A DNA stretch of 64,000 bases from Nitrospirales bacterium (lineage in GTDB: Bacteria > Nitrospirota > Nitrospiria > Nitrospirales > UBA8639), in contig CBDBCZ010000017.1 of NCBI GenBank assembly GCA_965203295.1, forward strand, positions 1,984,001 to 2,048,000, in the 5' to 3' direction. The notes below the pieces were generated by a model, which was given only the letters and a program-made list of their open reading frames with translations, was not told where the DNA came from and ran no database searches. Of the stretch, positions 12,601 to 24,600 are shown in pieces; positions within the stretch are counted from its first letter, which is position 1; each line of letters begins with the position of its first letter. The translations under genes and the position numbers were made by a program.

Positions 12601-15600
12601 AAAACTGAAAGGTATCCTAATCATTATTATGACATTCACTAGCTCTAGGCCTAAAAATAAACAAAACAGCCTTTATATCAGCCTAACCTACAGAACTATA
12701 TCTACACTACTGCAACCCCTTACACTACAATCTAGTTAAGCACATGACCTAAGCACATCCACACGGAAAAAATAGAAAGTGAAAAAATAGAAATCATGAT
12801 ATAGAAAAATAGAGAGAAGAATAGAAAGAATAGAAAGACCTCTGACTGTAACCAAGAGAACCCAGGACCCAGAAACCACCCAGCCCGTGACCGCAGAAAA
12901 TTAAAAATTTCTGAAAAGAGTTGAAAAGTTCTTTTTAAAAAATATAAAAAAGGGGACCAAATAGGTCTTCCCTCTGTTAAAAAACATTCAGGGAAAATCC
13001 AACGGTCTCGGCTTAACCATAAGGTCTTACCGAGACCAGCAGGAGCCTCCTATAAAAGTTAAAAAGCTTATGAAACTTTAAAAATTGTAAGAGCGGCCCC
13101 GAACCAAGCAGTCCCCAGCCACAACCCAGAAAAAGAAACGTTCTTAGGAAAGGTAGATCAATACCAAAAATAAAAAGCACTAAATGCCTGACCTTGAGAG
13201 TCAGGGATGGTGGGTTAAAAGAGTCTTTAACGGCGCCAACTTTCCCCACTCATTCAGTGCATGCTCCTATATTTGTAGATTGCTTCATGACCACAAGGTA
13301 TAAACCCACTTTTAGGTTTCTACTACAACTCACCCCTCCCCACACCAGTCCCCCTTGCCCTGGAAAGAAACCTCCCAACCTCTGTATCTTGAAAAACTTG
13401 AAAACTGCATCTGTACAACCTAACTAAAAACTGACTAGAAATTTAAAAAAAACTATAGACACCTGTAAAATAAAGTAATCTATGACATCACTTCCTATTC
13501 CTATCTAAAGCACCCCACTTACATGTAGCTTGTTATCTAACAGTAACCAGTCTGTGTAGTCTTCCCATGGTAGCTAGAGGCAGTGGTATACTATCTTTAA
13601 TATGTTGTTTAAGTAACACCCCAAATTTACCAAAGATATCTATTACTAAACCTTTTGAAATATGAATAATTGGTCGTACCGTATAGCTGGAAAATTTGGC
13701 GAGGACTTTAATTTGGCGGTTTGGCGAATCGTAAAAAATCGCCAAATTAAATTCTCGCCAAATAAAATTCTCACGCATTATGTAATACGTAACACCCACA
13801 CGCGCATTCAGCTACAAGAAATAAGTTGTTCCCACTGCACGTACGTGTTTCCTCTCTGTCCGGGAAGGATATCGAACTCGCGAACAAAGCTGTAAAGCGC
13901 TCTCTATCTGGAGACTTGAAGCCTGTCACACGGTTACCTCGAGGCAAGTATAACAGTAACACACGCAAGAAAGCAGAGAAAGGGCACAAATTGGAAAGTA
14001 TTCCACTGACAACGGAGCGACAAAGGCTGCTACACACTTTTTGAAGCTTCTGGATAGTAAGATCGGCGAATCCAACGTCTCCATAATTTGTCGAGCTCAG
14101 TGACAAAAACTTTACATGTTCAGCAGCGTTGCACGTTGTGCGCCTAGGATTACGTAATTACGTCATAGCCTTTGCCGTACACAATCGCCAAATTTAAATT
14201 TCGCCAATATTTAATTTTAGCTGTTTTTGGCGATTTCGCCAAATTTAATTCTCGCCAATTTTTCCGGCTATACGGTACTTGTAGTCTAGTAGTCGACTAG
14301 TAGTATATGATGTCTATTCTTAAAATCTTCATACTGGCCACATATTCTACCTATGTACATATATAACATATTCATTAAGTTTTCTACGAGCCAAGTTATC
14401 ACAATCATGTCATATGTACTAGTTTTCCACAAAAGAACATTGACCAGTTTTGGCCGGGCCCAGAATGGCTGAAAAGTGATCTCAGTACATAGAAGTTAAG
14501 AAAATTCCGAGGGGGGGGATGCCCGGGCCCCAGACCCCCCTAACATCTCCTGTTTTTTTTGTTCAAAAATCAGGGTGCACTACATGTGCATGTACATGTA
14601 GCATCTTTCATGAATTGTATCTAGTATTATGTACACGTAAAGTGTTATATATAACCGTCACTGTAATGGAATTGGCATGTGAAAGTGTAGCTAGAGTAGC
14701 TAGAGCACAACTTAAAGACAATTAAAGCTGGTTCTGATGATTTTCAAACTTGCAATTGCTTTTTTATTGCAGAGCCCATGGCCAAACGCCACAGTGCTTC
14801 ATCTCCTATGTACTCTGGATCCTTGCAGAATGAAATACAAGATCTTAAACAGATGTTGAAGGTATGTAAGGTGTCAAAATGTATTCTCTAATTCTGTCCC
14901 AATAAGGGCTATCATACGTACTATAGCCTCGTAAATTCCATATAAGGTGTATTACTCATATTGTACACACCTAAGGCATTCTAACCAGTCTGATTACAGC
15001 ATTGCAGGTAGCTACATGTATTTGGTCTGGATACTTGTAGCATGGCAGCCATATGGTTTACCAGCCTGAAACCGTCTCGTGTATTACTGGTAAACCGTCT
15101 AGTGAGTGGTTAACTTATCACCAGGAAACAATATCTTCTGATTGCTTATATGAAGCAGTGGCTGGGGGAGCCTGCACAGAATGTATGGCAGGCTACTGCT
15201 TTCACTTTATTGTGTCTGTATATATGGTAATGCTACCAGCCTACCGTTTTGTGCCAAATAGCGCTACATGTAGTCTCGGGCAAGATGGCTAGCTACTGTG
15301 GCTCTTAGCTGTAGTTCTGTCTTACTACAGTTTCTGGGAGTATTTTGCCAGTTGTAGCTAGTATTTCGTGTCCTCACATCCGTTGTGATATTAATGTACT
15401 GTGTTGTGCTAAATTATAGTGCCTTTTGAGCTTCATGCTTGTTCTGAAGACCTGCCAATTCTTATCAGAATAACTTGAGCATGGTAAAAGATAAATAGAT
15501 TGCTGTGTAGCGAGTGAACCGCCCGTTATCTACAGTTATCCCCCATGGGTCACACACCCTTCTACGCAGGGATCTAATTGCGAAAGATAGAACTACATGT

Positions 15601-18600
15601 ATGTAACACTCAGAAGTACATGTAGTGTGTATGTTATACCCGGCTGTCGAGATACGTGTACATGCATTCTTACGGCTGTCTGCTTTATGTAGGCTATAAT
15701 CCATCCTTGTTCCCACTCTCTATTGTGTGGCCATATTGTATTGCATAAAGCGTGGAACGGAGATTGGGAAGGAGGCTAGCCAACTAAACCATGTACCATG
15801 CATCTCACTACTAAGCATTATGCTATAAGCCACAATGTGTATATCAATTCTAGACACAACAACACTTTAGCTTCGTTCCCAGGCCCTCCTCAAAAAGAAA
15901 AAGAAACAATCGTATTACAAGCGACAAAATCTGTATGGAGGCCTGGGAACAAGGCTATCTCCAATTTGTGCAGAGCCATGCAACCATACAAATCCAGAAT
16001 GGTGGCCATTACTCTTCTGTTTCTTGGATTTAGTGTGCCAGTGGTACTCGTTAAGGTTAGCTAGGCCCTACCAGAAGTAGTCTTGTACCCAGCCCCACGT
16101 TAGAAACGTGGGTCTGGCTCCCCGTATATTCAAAGTTGGGGCAGCATTACGTCAGTGGTCCCAGATCTGGACCGGCAATGTGATTGGTTACTTATAGTAT
16201 TACATCACTAAACGGTTGCAGTATCCGGATATCCACACAAGTGGCCACGTGGACATAATCCGTTTGGTGGTGTAATATGATGTAACACTAACCCAACTCT
16301 GAATATACGGGGAGCCAGACCCACCTTTCTAACGTGGGGCTGGGCACGAGACTATACCAGAAGTTGAGAAATAATGATCATGTGTGGCTTTGATGCTCAT
16401 AGCTCGACAACATGGCAATAGAAGCCCACAAAAATCTATGCAGAGCTAAAGTATGAAGACTGGAGAAAAAGCCGAGGAACAAGAATTTTATTGATGTGCA
16501 GTCCTTCCACTATACAGGTCCTGGTGCTACATACATTCGCTTTAAATTACATGTGCATATACATGCTCGAAACACATTCGTAGTAAATCCTTCCAAATGC
16601 AAGAGACAGATGCTGCTGAAGCCATGGCTGTATCTGTATGGTATATAGTGCATTTCCAGATATCAAGAATATAGACTTTTCGTTAGTGAGTAACAACCGC
16701 CATTCTGGACTTGGATAAAGTCGGCTCGATTATGTTCTGGAGGCTGTGTAGACAAGAAGTCTTTGTTCTTGATGTCTGGACATGTAGACCTCTTGGAAGC
16801 TTTACTATTATAACTGTTATACTAAAGCTTCCAAGGGGCCTACCTGTACGTAATAAAACTGTTATGCTAAAGCTTCCAAGGGGTCTAGTGAGCTGTTCAA
16901 ACATCTAGAACATGAGTTACTCGTAAATGTACGTAGTTATTGTGCACTCATAGTACCTCTATGTAATATTTCCTATAATATGGCAAACTGTCCAATATCA
17001 CTTGATATTGGACTTGATAAACAGGCCATTTAGAGCCTTGGGTGGTGTGTATGTAAATTTTTGATTGGATGGATAGCCGTCCAATATCACTGGACATTGG
17101 ACTAGTCTTGCTTGTATTTGTCTCGTCCTACAGACTTGCTCAAATACAACACAGACTCGTCCAATATCCAGTGATATTGGACGGCTATCCATCCAATCAA
17201 AAATATGTCTGCCTCTTAAATGTAGGACTGATTTAGCCTCCTTCCCAGTCCTTCCCACCCCAGCTTTTTTCTGCTGCAGGATAAAAGCTGGGGCGGGAAG
17301 GACTGGGAACGTGGCTAGGTCTGCTTAGCAGTTGCTGCTAATCAAACCTACATTTATACGAGTAGCTTGTGCATCCTGGGAGATACCGTGACAGATTTTG
17401 CACTCACTACATATCACAACATCGTCCTTTTCCTTGAGTACCGGATGATGTGGACAGAGTCATCACTTCCGGTTGGGCCTAACCTAAAGCAGCATAGCCT
17501 ATATTTCTCCTGTCTCCCACACTTAACTTCATAATGGATATCTTTTTCAGGACACTCAACGCAGACTTCGAAGTGCTCAGAGTAATCTAGCTGAATCGAA
17601 ACATACCAAAGATCGTAGTTTGAAGATTGTACAGAAAACCCACCAGTCAGCAATTGCTCTGAAACAGGCCCTCATCCAGGAACTACAGGACATCATCTGT
17701 GAGAAGGATGAATACATTGAGAAACTTGAGGAAAGGCATAAACACGGCAATTCATTTGCATCTCCACAAAGGTGTTCCAAGGTACATTCATGGTACATGT
17801 ACACTGTATACATATATATTTAGTTGCAGTTGCATGTATACATACGTTGTACATATATCTATGGAATAGGCTGACCATGGCATACATGCAGCTGAAGGTA
17901 TGCATCAAAGTGCAGTGTAGTTCTGAGGGCTTACTAGCAGCAGTCTCATGCAATCACAGCAGTTTTGCTTCTGCTTTAGCTGAACTTGCAGCTTAGGGAT
18001 ATTTTACATAATGTACGCACTAAAAATTTAAAATCGGCTAGATTTACCTTGATAATTTGTTCTAATTACTTGCTATTGCTCAGTCTGGCACTTTGAAAAG
18101 ATTGGTTGAAGAAATTTCAAAGCTGCATAAAGTGAATGCTTCCCTACAAATGAAGTACGAAGATTCTGAGGACGAGCTACAGCAACTGAAAGCAACAAAG
18201 GAGCATTTGCAAGACAATGAGTTTTTGGCTCAGGACATTCCACCACAGGTGAGTATGAGGTATCGTGCTTATACTGCCCTGCAAGGACTAATCATAAGTA
18301 CACATTCTTGTGACAAGTTATTGGATGGTGGACTAGCATAGACAATAGTCTGATACTAGGCTGGTAACCTTAAAGGTGAGAGTTTACACTGCAATTATTG
18401 AGTGAGGACGCTTGTTTTTACTATGTTTAACCACCAAAGAGGAAGCTGCTTGTGGCAGAGTGGGTAAGCCCTAGCCTTGAAACCAGCCGTCCCTGCTTTT
18501 TTTTTCGCTTGAATCTCTTCCTGCAACTAGTGCAAAAAAGCAGGGACGGCTGAGTCCAAGGCCAGGTGTTTGAACGTCTAGATTGCTGGTTTGACTCCTA

Positions 18601-21600
18601 CCATGAGCACCCTTTTCATAACTCATTAATTGTTTATGATGTTGCCAAAAGGCTATAGGGTTAAATTTATTTAAGTTAGTTACATGTAGTTGAGACAGTT
18701 CCTATGTATAGCAGTGTTCTAGCCAGAGACAATTGCAAAAAGTGGTGCTTTCTCAGAGATCAAAGCATAGCTGTGGTTTAATTACATTCTTTCAACCACA
18801 TCAAAAGAAAATTGCATACCTAAAAACAGTGGAGCACCGCTCTTCCGCTCTTTAGCTAGAACACTGTATAGGCTTCCCTGCACTGAACTTTATTTGAGAT
18901 GAAGTGCAGCTGGGCATTTTATGGAGCAGATCAGACCAACAGATCAGCTTTCTCATGTGATTACAAAGTACATATACTGTGGCACAAAGGAGTCTTCAAC
19001 TAATGCTGGTTCCAAAGATGTAAGCACTATATACGTATGTACACTATATAGCGTCTGAGACCAATCACAACTAGCCTCATTCCCAGGCCATTGCTTTGTT
19101 TGGCTGCACGAAGGTTATACAGAAATCTAGTATTCAGTCGCGAGTACAAAGCCAGCTATAGAACAGTGGTGGAACAGTAGTGGTACATGTATATGTAGTA
19201 CATGCAGCCAAGCACAGCTGCAGTTCTTGGACATCGAGGGAAGGTAGCAAATCTACACTTCTTCTTTACAGTCAATTTGTCTCAGACCTAGCATTGAAAT
19301 TAAGTCTCTGGTACAATGTAGGGAAACAGCCGGCCATCTTTTGAATTAGTCGCTATACTCACACATATTTAAAAAGCACTTTGCCAAAAAGTGCAAAACA
19401 AGTCATGTAGGGATGCACTTCCACCAAAAAACACTTCCCCAAAAACCAATGAAACAATTCCTAGTACGCGATATACGTAAGTCTGCGAAAAGGTGCGGTT
19501 TGCCGCGTAATTTTATGGTTTACGCGCTGGTGTCGGGGTGTGGTCGCGCTATTCTGTACTTTTGCGCAGCATTTTTTACCCGGGATATAAGCGACAATGC
19601 ACACCGCAATGCATGCTCAGACTACCCACACATCATATCTCAATACATTTACCGTGTATAGCCACCATCTCTACGTCTTTCCAACCACACTCACCACAAA
19701 CATGTATATATGTGAATAGTGGTAGTGTAATTTGGTGTGTGTATTGCTAATGACTGAGTATGCTGGTGGTTGTGGTAGGCTAGCTGAAAATGTTGATTGT
19801 GCAAGTACATGTTGGACTAGTGAGTCATTGAGGGTGGAGTTATATATGGTGTTTGCATAGGGACTTTGGTAGTGTTTGGTTACGCGTGGATGAGTGTTAT
19901 AAAGTTTTGTGAGTGTGTTGTGAGATGTTTTGTGTGTGCAGGTTCTTTGTAGGGAGGTCTATGTGGGTGTGTTTGGTAAAGTGTACTAGATTGAGTGTTG
20001 TCAACTTTTTGTTGTATGGTGGTTGATGTGGGTTGTGTTTGTTGTGCGTGTTGGTGGCAGTGCGGCGTTGTGAGTAATTGTTCTGCTTGGTTTGTGCTTG
20101 TGAATGTGGGATTTGTGGAGCGAAGTGCATTTTGTTGGGAGTATAGTGTTCCTGTGAAGGTTTGGGTTCATTGTAGTGTGGGGTGTTGTGTTTTGTGATG
20201 TAATGATTGTGGATAAGGATGTAAGGGTGGTTGTCAGATGGAGACGAGGTGTCATGGTGGATGATAGTGGATGGTTGTGTGTGTTGAAGGAAGTATTCGG
20301 TGTGCTGTTGAGTATGGGGGCGTGGTACGGATTGTGGTGGGTGTGGTTGGAAAGATGTAGGGATGGTAGCTACGCGGTAAATGCATTGTGCTGTGATGTG
20401 TGGGTAGTCTGTGCAGTAGTAATAGAATTCCACACCATCATATTTTATTCGGTATGTCAATGTTTCTGGGTTAAAATCGAGGATTTCTCCATCCCATTCT
20501 TTTATACTGTTAGCTTCACTGAGCCATTTACGTATGTTTGATGTGACAGTCCAGTAGTACTATCTATGCTTGTATCAAAGTAGCAGCCAAGTATTTAGCT
20601 ACAAACACCTCGTGGCATTGTGCCAATTGAGTGTATGTAGTAGCTGTTTAATAGCTACATTTTCATGATTGTTGACATGAAAAGGGACCAACTCCAATCT
20701 CTCATCTTCGTCTGCTCAAAAAGGAAGCGCCCTGGCTGTTCTCCAAACACCAATGCCGTAGCGAAAGCAATCGAGAACAGGCCACAGTCATACCCCCCCG
20801 ACTGCATCTCCACGTCCATAAAGCTCACTGTGATGGTTGGTTTCTCAGTTGTGAGGAGAGTGGCAATCTGGGCTTTGGCCATTGTGGGTACGCTCATGTA
20901 CAAACTGTCAAATATTTGCACTTCTGCGTGCTTCAACCCGATGGTTGACACGGTGTTCCAGTGCCCTTGCCCTGTGTGCAGAATCTGAACGAATTCTCCT
21001 GGTTCCACGTCAAAGCTCATTGTAAGACCGCAAGCAACATCCTGAAGACCAGGAACTGCTGGATTGGCCTTCTTAATTCAGGAGCTTCTGAGCAGCATTG
21101 ATAACATCATCGTTGAGCCATGCTGTGTGGCTGAGTAGAATTTATCTATCCGGCTGCTTGAGCCCAAATTCGGGTATCCATGGCTTGTCCAATTTGGTTT
21201 GTAGTTGTCAACATCAATGGTCTCCTTCAGTTTGGAACCGGGTTCTACTCTATTTTGTCTCCGCTTGAACATCACCTCCTTTACTGATCGATTCTTGCAG
21301 CACGTCCTTGAGGGTGGCTGTGGGCAGGGTGGGTTCTCAGCTGGTGGTTGTGGGTTATCTGGGCGGGGTGGACGCTCAGGCGGCAGTGGGCAGGGTGGAT
21401 GCTCAGCTGGCTGTGGGCAGGATGGGTACTTAGGTGGCTGTGGGTGGGTGGGGTTCTCAGCTGGCTGTGGGCAAGAAGAGGCATTCTCCGTGATACATCC
21501 ACCATTAACGGGAAGAACTCCGGGTAGTATCCACCTTCTGATTGAAGAGTACTTGATGCAAATCCTCTGGGAGTTGCTAGGCCTGAGCTATGAAGCTGAT

Positions 21601-24600
21601 CCAGACTTGGCAACGGTGGAGGAAGGGGAGGGGAGGACTCATCTGGATTGGGCTGCTCATCCTCCTGAGCGGGGCTGAGGCTAGAGTGCAGCTGAAAGAT
21701 GTCACTATCATCCAACAGTGGAGGCTGTGACGCTGGCTTCTTGATGAACTGCTTCAGTCTGTAAGGGTAGGGTCAGGATATTAGACTTAACAGGACTGTG
21801 GATATCGTACATTTGTATTATGGTAGTCAGGAGTATTTTTAATGTGTTACATGTGTACAAACATACCTGCAGGCGTTGAATGCCTTCTTGAGGATTCGAC
21901 CTGTTGCAGGATTCGCCAGTCAATACACACCTTTCCCAATGTGCTCTTCAATCCTGTAAGGTCCCAGCAAGTGCTGAGCCAGCTTGTCCCCTTTCCTGCC
22001 ATCTCTAGCACTGTTACGTAGCAGAACCAATGCTCCTGGTTCTAGCTCCTGTTAAAATGTCAAATTCAAACATGTATAATTGGAGTACAGTACATAGTTG
22101 TGAGGTAGTATATATATACAATATTCACTTTCGCCCAACCCAAATGCAAATGTATATGCTCATTTACATAGTGAACAGTCCGCTGCTTTGGTTTGTACCT
22201 TTCTCTTGCCATGTTTCCTGTCGTAATCACGCTTCTGTTTCATCTAAGCATCAACGACTTTGCTCTTGGCTTCTTGAATAACTCATCTCTGAAGTCATTC
22301 ATCTTCTGGGTGTAACATTGCAGGTTCGGATCTTCATCTACCTTCTCACTCTCACTGTCGTCACTCCGTTCACCCTCAGCCAGCTCCGTTTCAATTGGTA
22401 TAACAGCCTTTCTGTGAAAATAAAAAAGTAGAAGTCAATGCTACGTATCAACCTGTGGAATCGTACTGGTACTACTATACCATGCATGCAAGACAGGCTA
22501 GCCTGAAAGTTTGATCATGCGTGGAAAGGAAGTCTGAGAACAAAGCGGCACATTATATATTGAAATCAAGCAGAGCACTTACCGACAATACATCAGTTCA
22601 TATGGAGTCAGCTGAGTTGATTTCTGCTGTGATGTACGGTAGGCAAACAGAACTCCGTCCAGCTTCTCATCCCAGTCAGTCTGGTTGCTATTGACAAATC
22701 TGACCAGGGATCTCTGCAGGGTTTGGTTGAATCTCTCCACAAGGCCATTCGTCTGGGGGTGGTAGGCAGAAGAGATCCTGTGCTCTGTCTTGGTCATTGT
22801 GAACAAGAAGTGGCTCACTTGATTCACAAATTCCCTCCCTTGGTCTGATATCACCACTTTAGTGCAGCCATACCTGTATAAATCATTAGAGTTTAGAAGT
22901 GAATAATAAGCAACTGCAACAATAAAATGAATACACACATACCTGCACATCATCTTGTACAAGAAGAGAGCCACTGATTTTGCACTTTTGTCTTGAAGTG
23001 CCTCTGCTTCCGGCCACTTCGAAGAATAGTCGACCAATGAAGCGACGTACTTGTTGCCTCTCACTGTTTTGGCAGTGGACTAAAAAGGTTAATTCCAACC
23101 TGTATAATAAATAGGCATTATTAAAGTAGCTATATTTAGTTGACTACATAAATCATACAGCCTTACACACCTCCTTATACATGTACAATATAGAGATTAT
23201 GACACTTCTCATGCTTACACAATTAACCCGACAACTGTAGCACTCTTGGCAAAGGCGTACCTGATTCCATACTTTAGACTTGACGAGAATAGGGTGAAGT
23301 GGCGCAGTCGTCTTCTGGAATTTGACATCATTTAGTACGCTGGCAAGTCTCACATTGATGGACATCTGTCACAAGGTCTTCCAATAAAACTGTACCGCGA
23401 TTTTTCTGGCAAGTTTTGTCTCTCCCGAGATGTCCCCCTTGAAGAAAGCAAATACAGCACTCATTTAATTAAAACTTATCTTGTGTCACTAGTAGCTCCA
23501 TAGCGACACTACAAAAATATGTTGCTTAGTAAGTCTTGCCACATGCATAGCTAGCAGCACAAGGTCTGAAAGTTTAGCTTGCTTACCTTTCATCGAAAAA
23601 TGGCAGGTCCAAACAATTCTCTCCTGTTCTGCAACAGTACGCAGAACTTGTCTCCATTAACGCCTCTCACCATCAGCTCGTCTCTTCGTCAAGTAAAACA
23701 GTAACCCCCGCTTCTCACAAAAGTGATCTTGGCTCTTTCTTCTTAGGACTCGTTTTTGTTTTTTAGAAAACCGGTTGGATAGTGATGGAACATAAGGAAC
23801 TCATAGACGTTGTCGTAGTTTAGCTCCATGTTCTTTCACGACCAAAATATTACCACCACTACCAGGGTACTTGTACCTGACTCAGTGCAAAGGCATTTGG
23901 TGTTGCATTATACAGCTATAGGTCAGCACCAAACTGTGCTCAGCTTGATGTAATAAACCCGTGAACTTTCAGTAGCTTCTGTATCTTCCGCATTGAAACA
24001 AAACTACTACTTACATGTAGAAGCAAGCCAGCTGAGTGTGTACATGTACATCCTACTTCCCCATACAACCTCTGAGTCGGTAGTCAGTCATATTCACATG
24101 CGTGGACCAGCTTCATAAGTTGTCATGAAGCACCTAGCTAGCCCTTAGATGGGCCACACTGTATCAAGCTGCTATAACCATAGATAGTACTATCTGTGCT
24201 ATAACAATGTACATAAAATAACTACTTACACACGTAAAAGCAGCCAGCTGAATATTATATGACCATGTGACTTTAGATACCAGGCTCTCCGCTTCACTGT
24301 GTTCCACCATTTTGTTAATACGGCAATTGGTCACGCCTTTTTTAATACGGCAGTTGGTCACGCCTACAGCTTGAATACGGACATACGCGAGCGCTCAAGT
24401 ATGGTATACGAGTCTTACATGTATTCAACATGGAGCTTAGAAGAGATACTCAGATAGAGAGCATACTGGAGTATACGTAGAGAAACGCATGTTTCATTAC
24501 TGCGGCGATCAGCCACGCCTACAGTGCGGGGTATGTCTCTGCTAGAGACCTCTATTTAGAGAGGTGTCCTCATTTCAGGGGTAGTTTTTTATTAAGAAAG

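Noticed and set aside
12660..13510. Possible L1/Tx1-like 3' end on the minus strand
   Set aside because: Only faint motif resemblance; too degenerate to call.
19897..20541. 187-aa and 121-aa ORFs
   Set aside because: His/Thr/Pro- or Val/Cys/Trp-biased translations arising from the GT-skewed repeat; no domain signal.
22579..23064. LTR (Gypsy) retrotransposon interpretation of the integrase ORF
   Set aside because: Spliceosomal introns are present, and there is no RT, RNase H, protease-gag or LTR nearby; it fits a Ginger-type DNA transposase.
7805..23829. Functional link between the NEDD8 E1 gene and the nearby Ulp1-type protease
   Set aside because: The protease belongs to a pseudogenised transposon in a different gene's intron; proximity is most likely coincidental.
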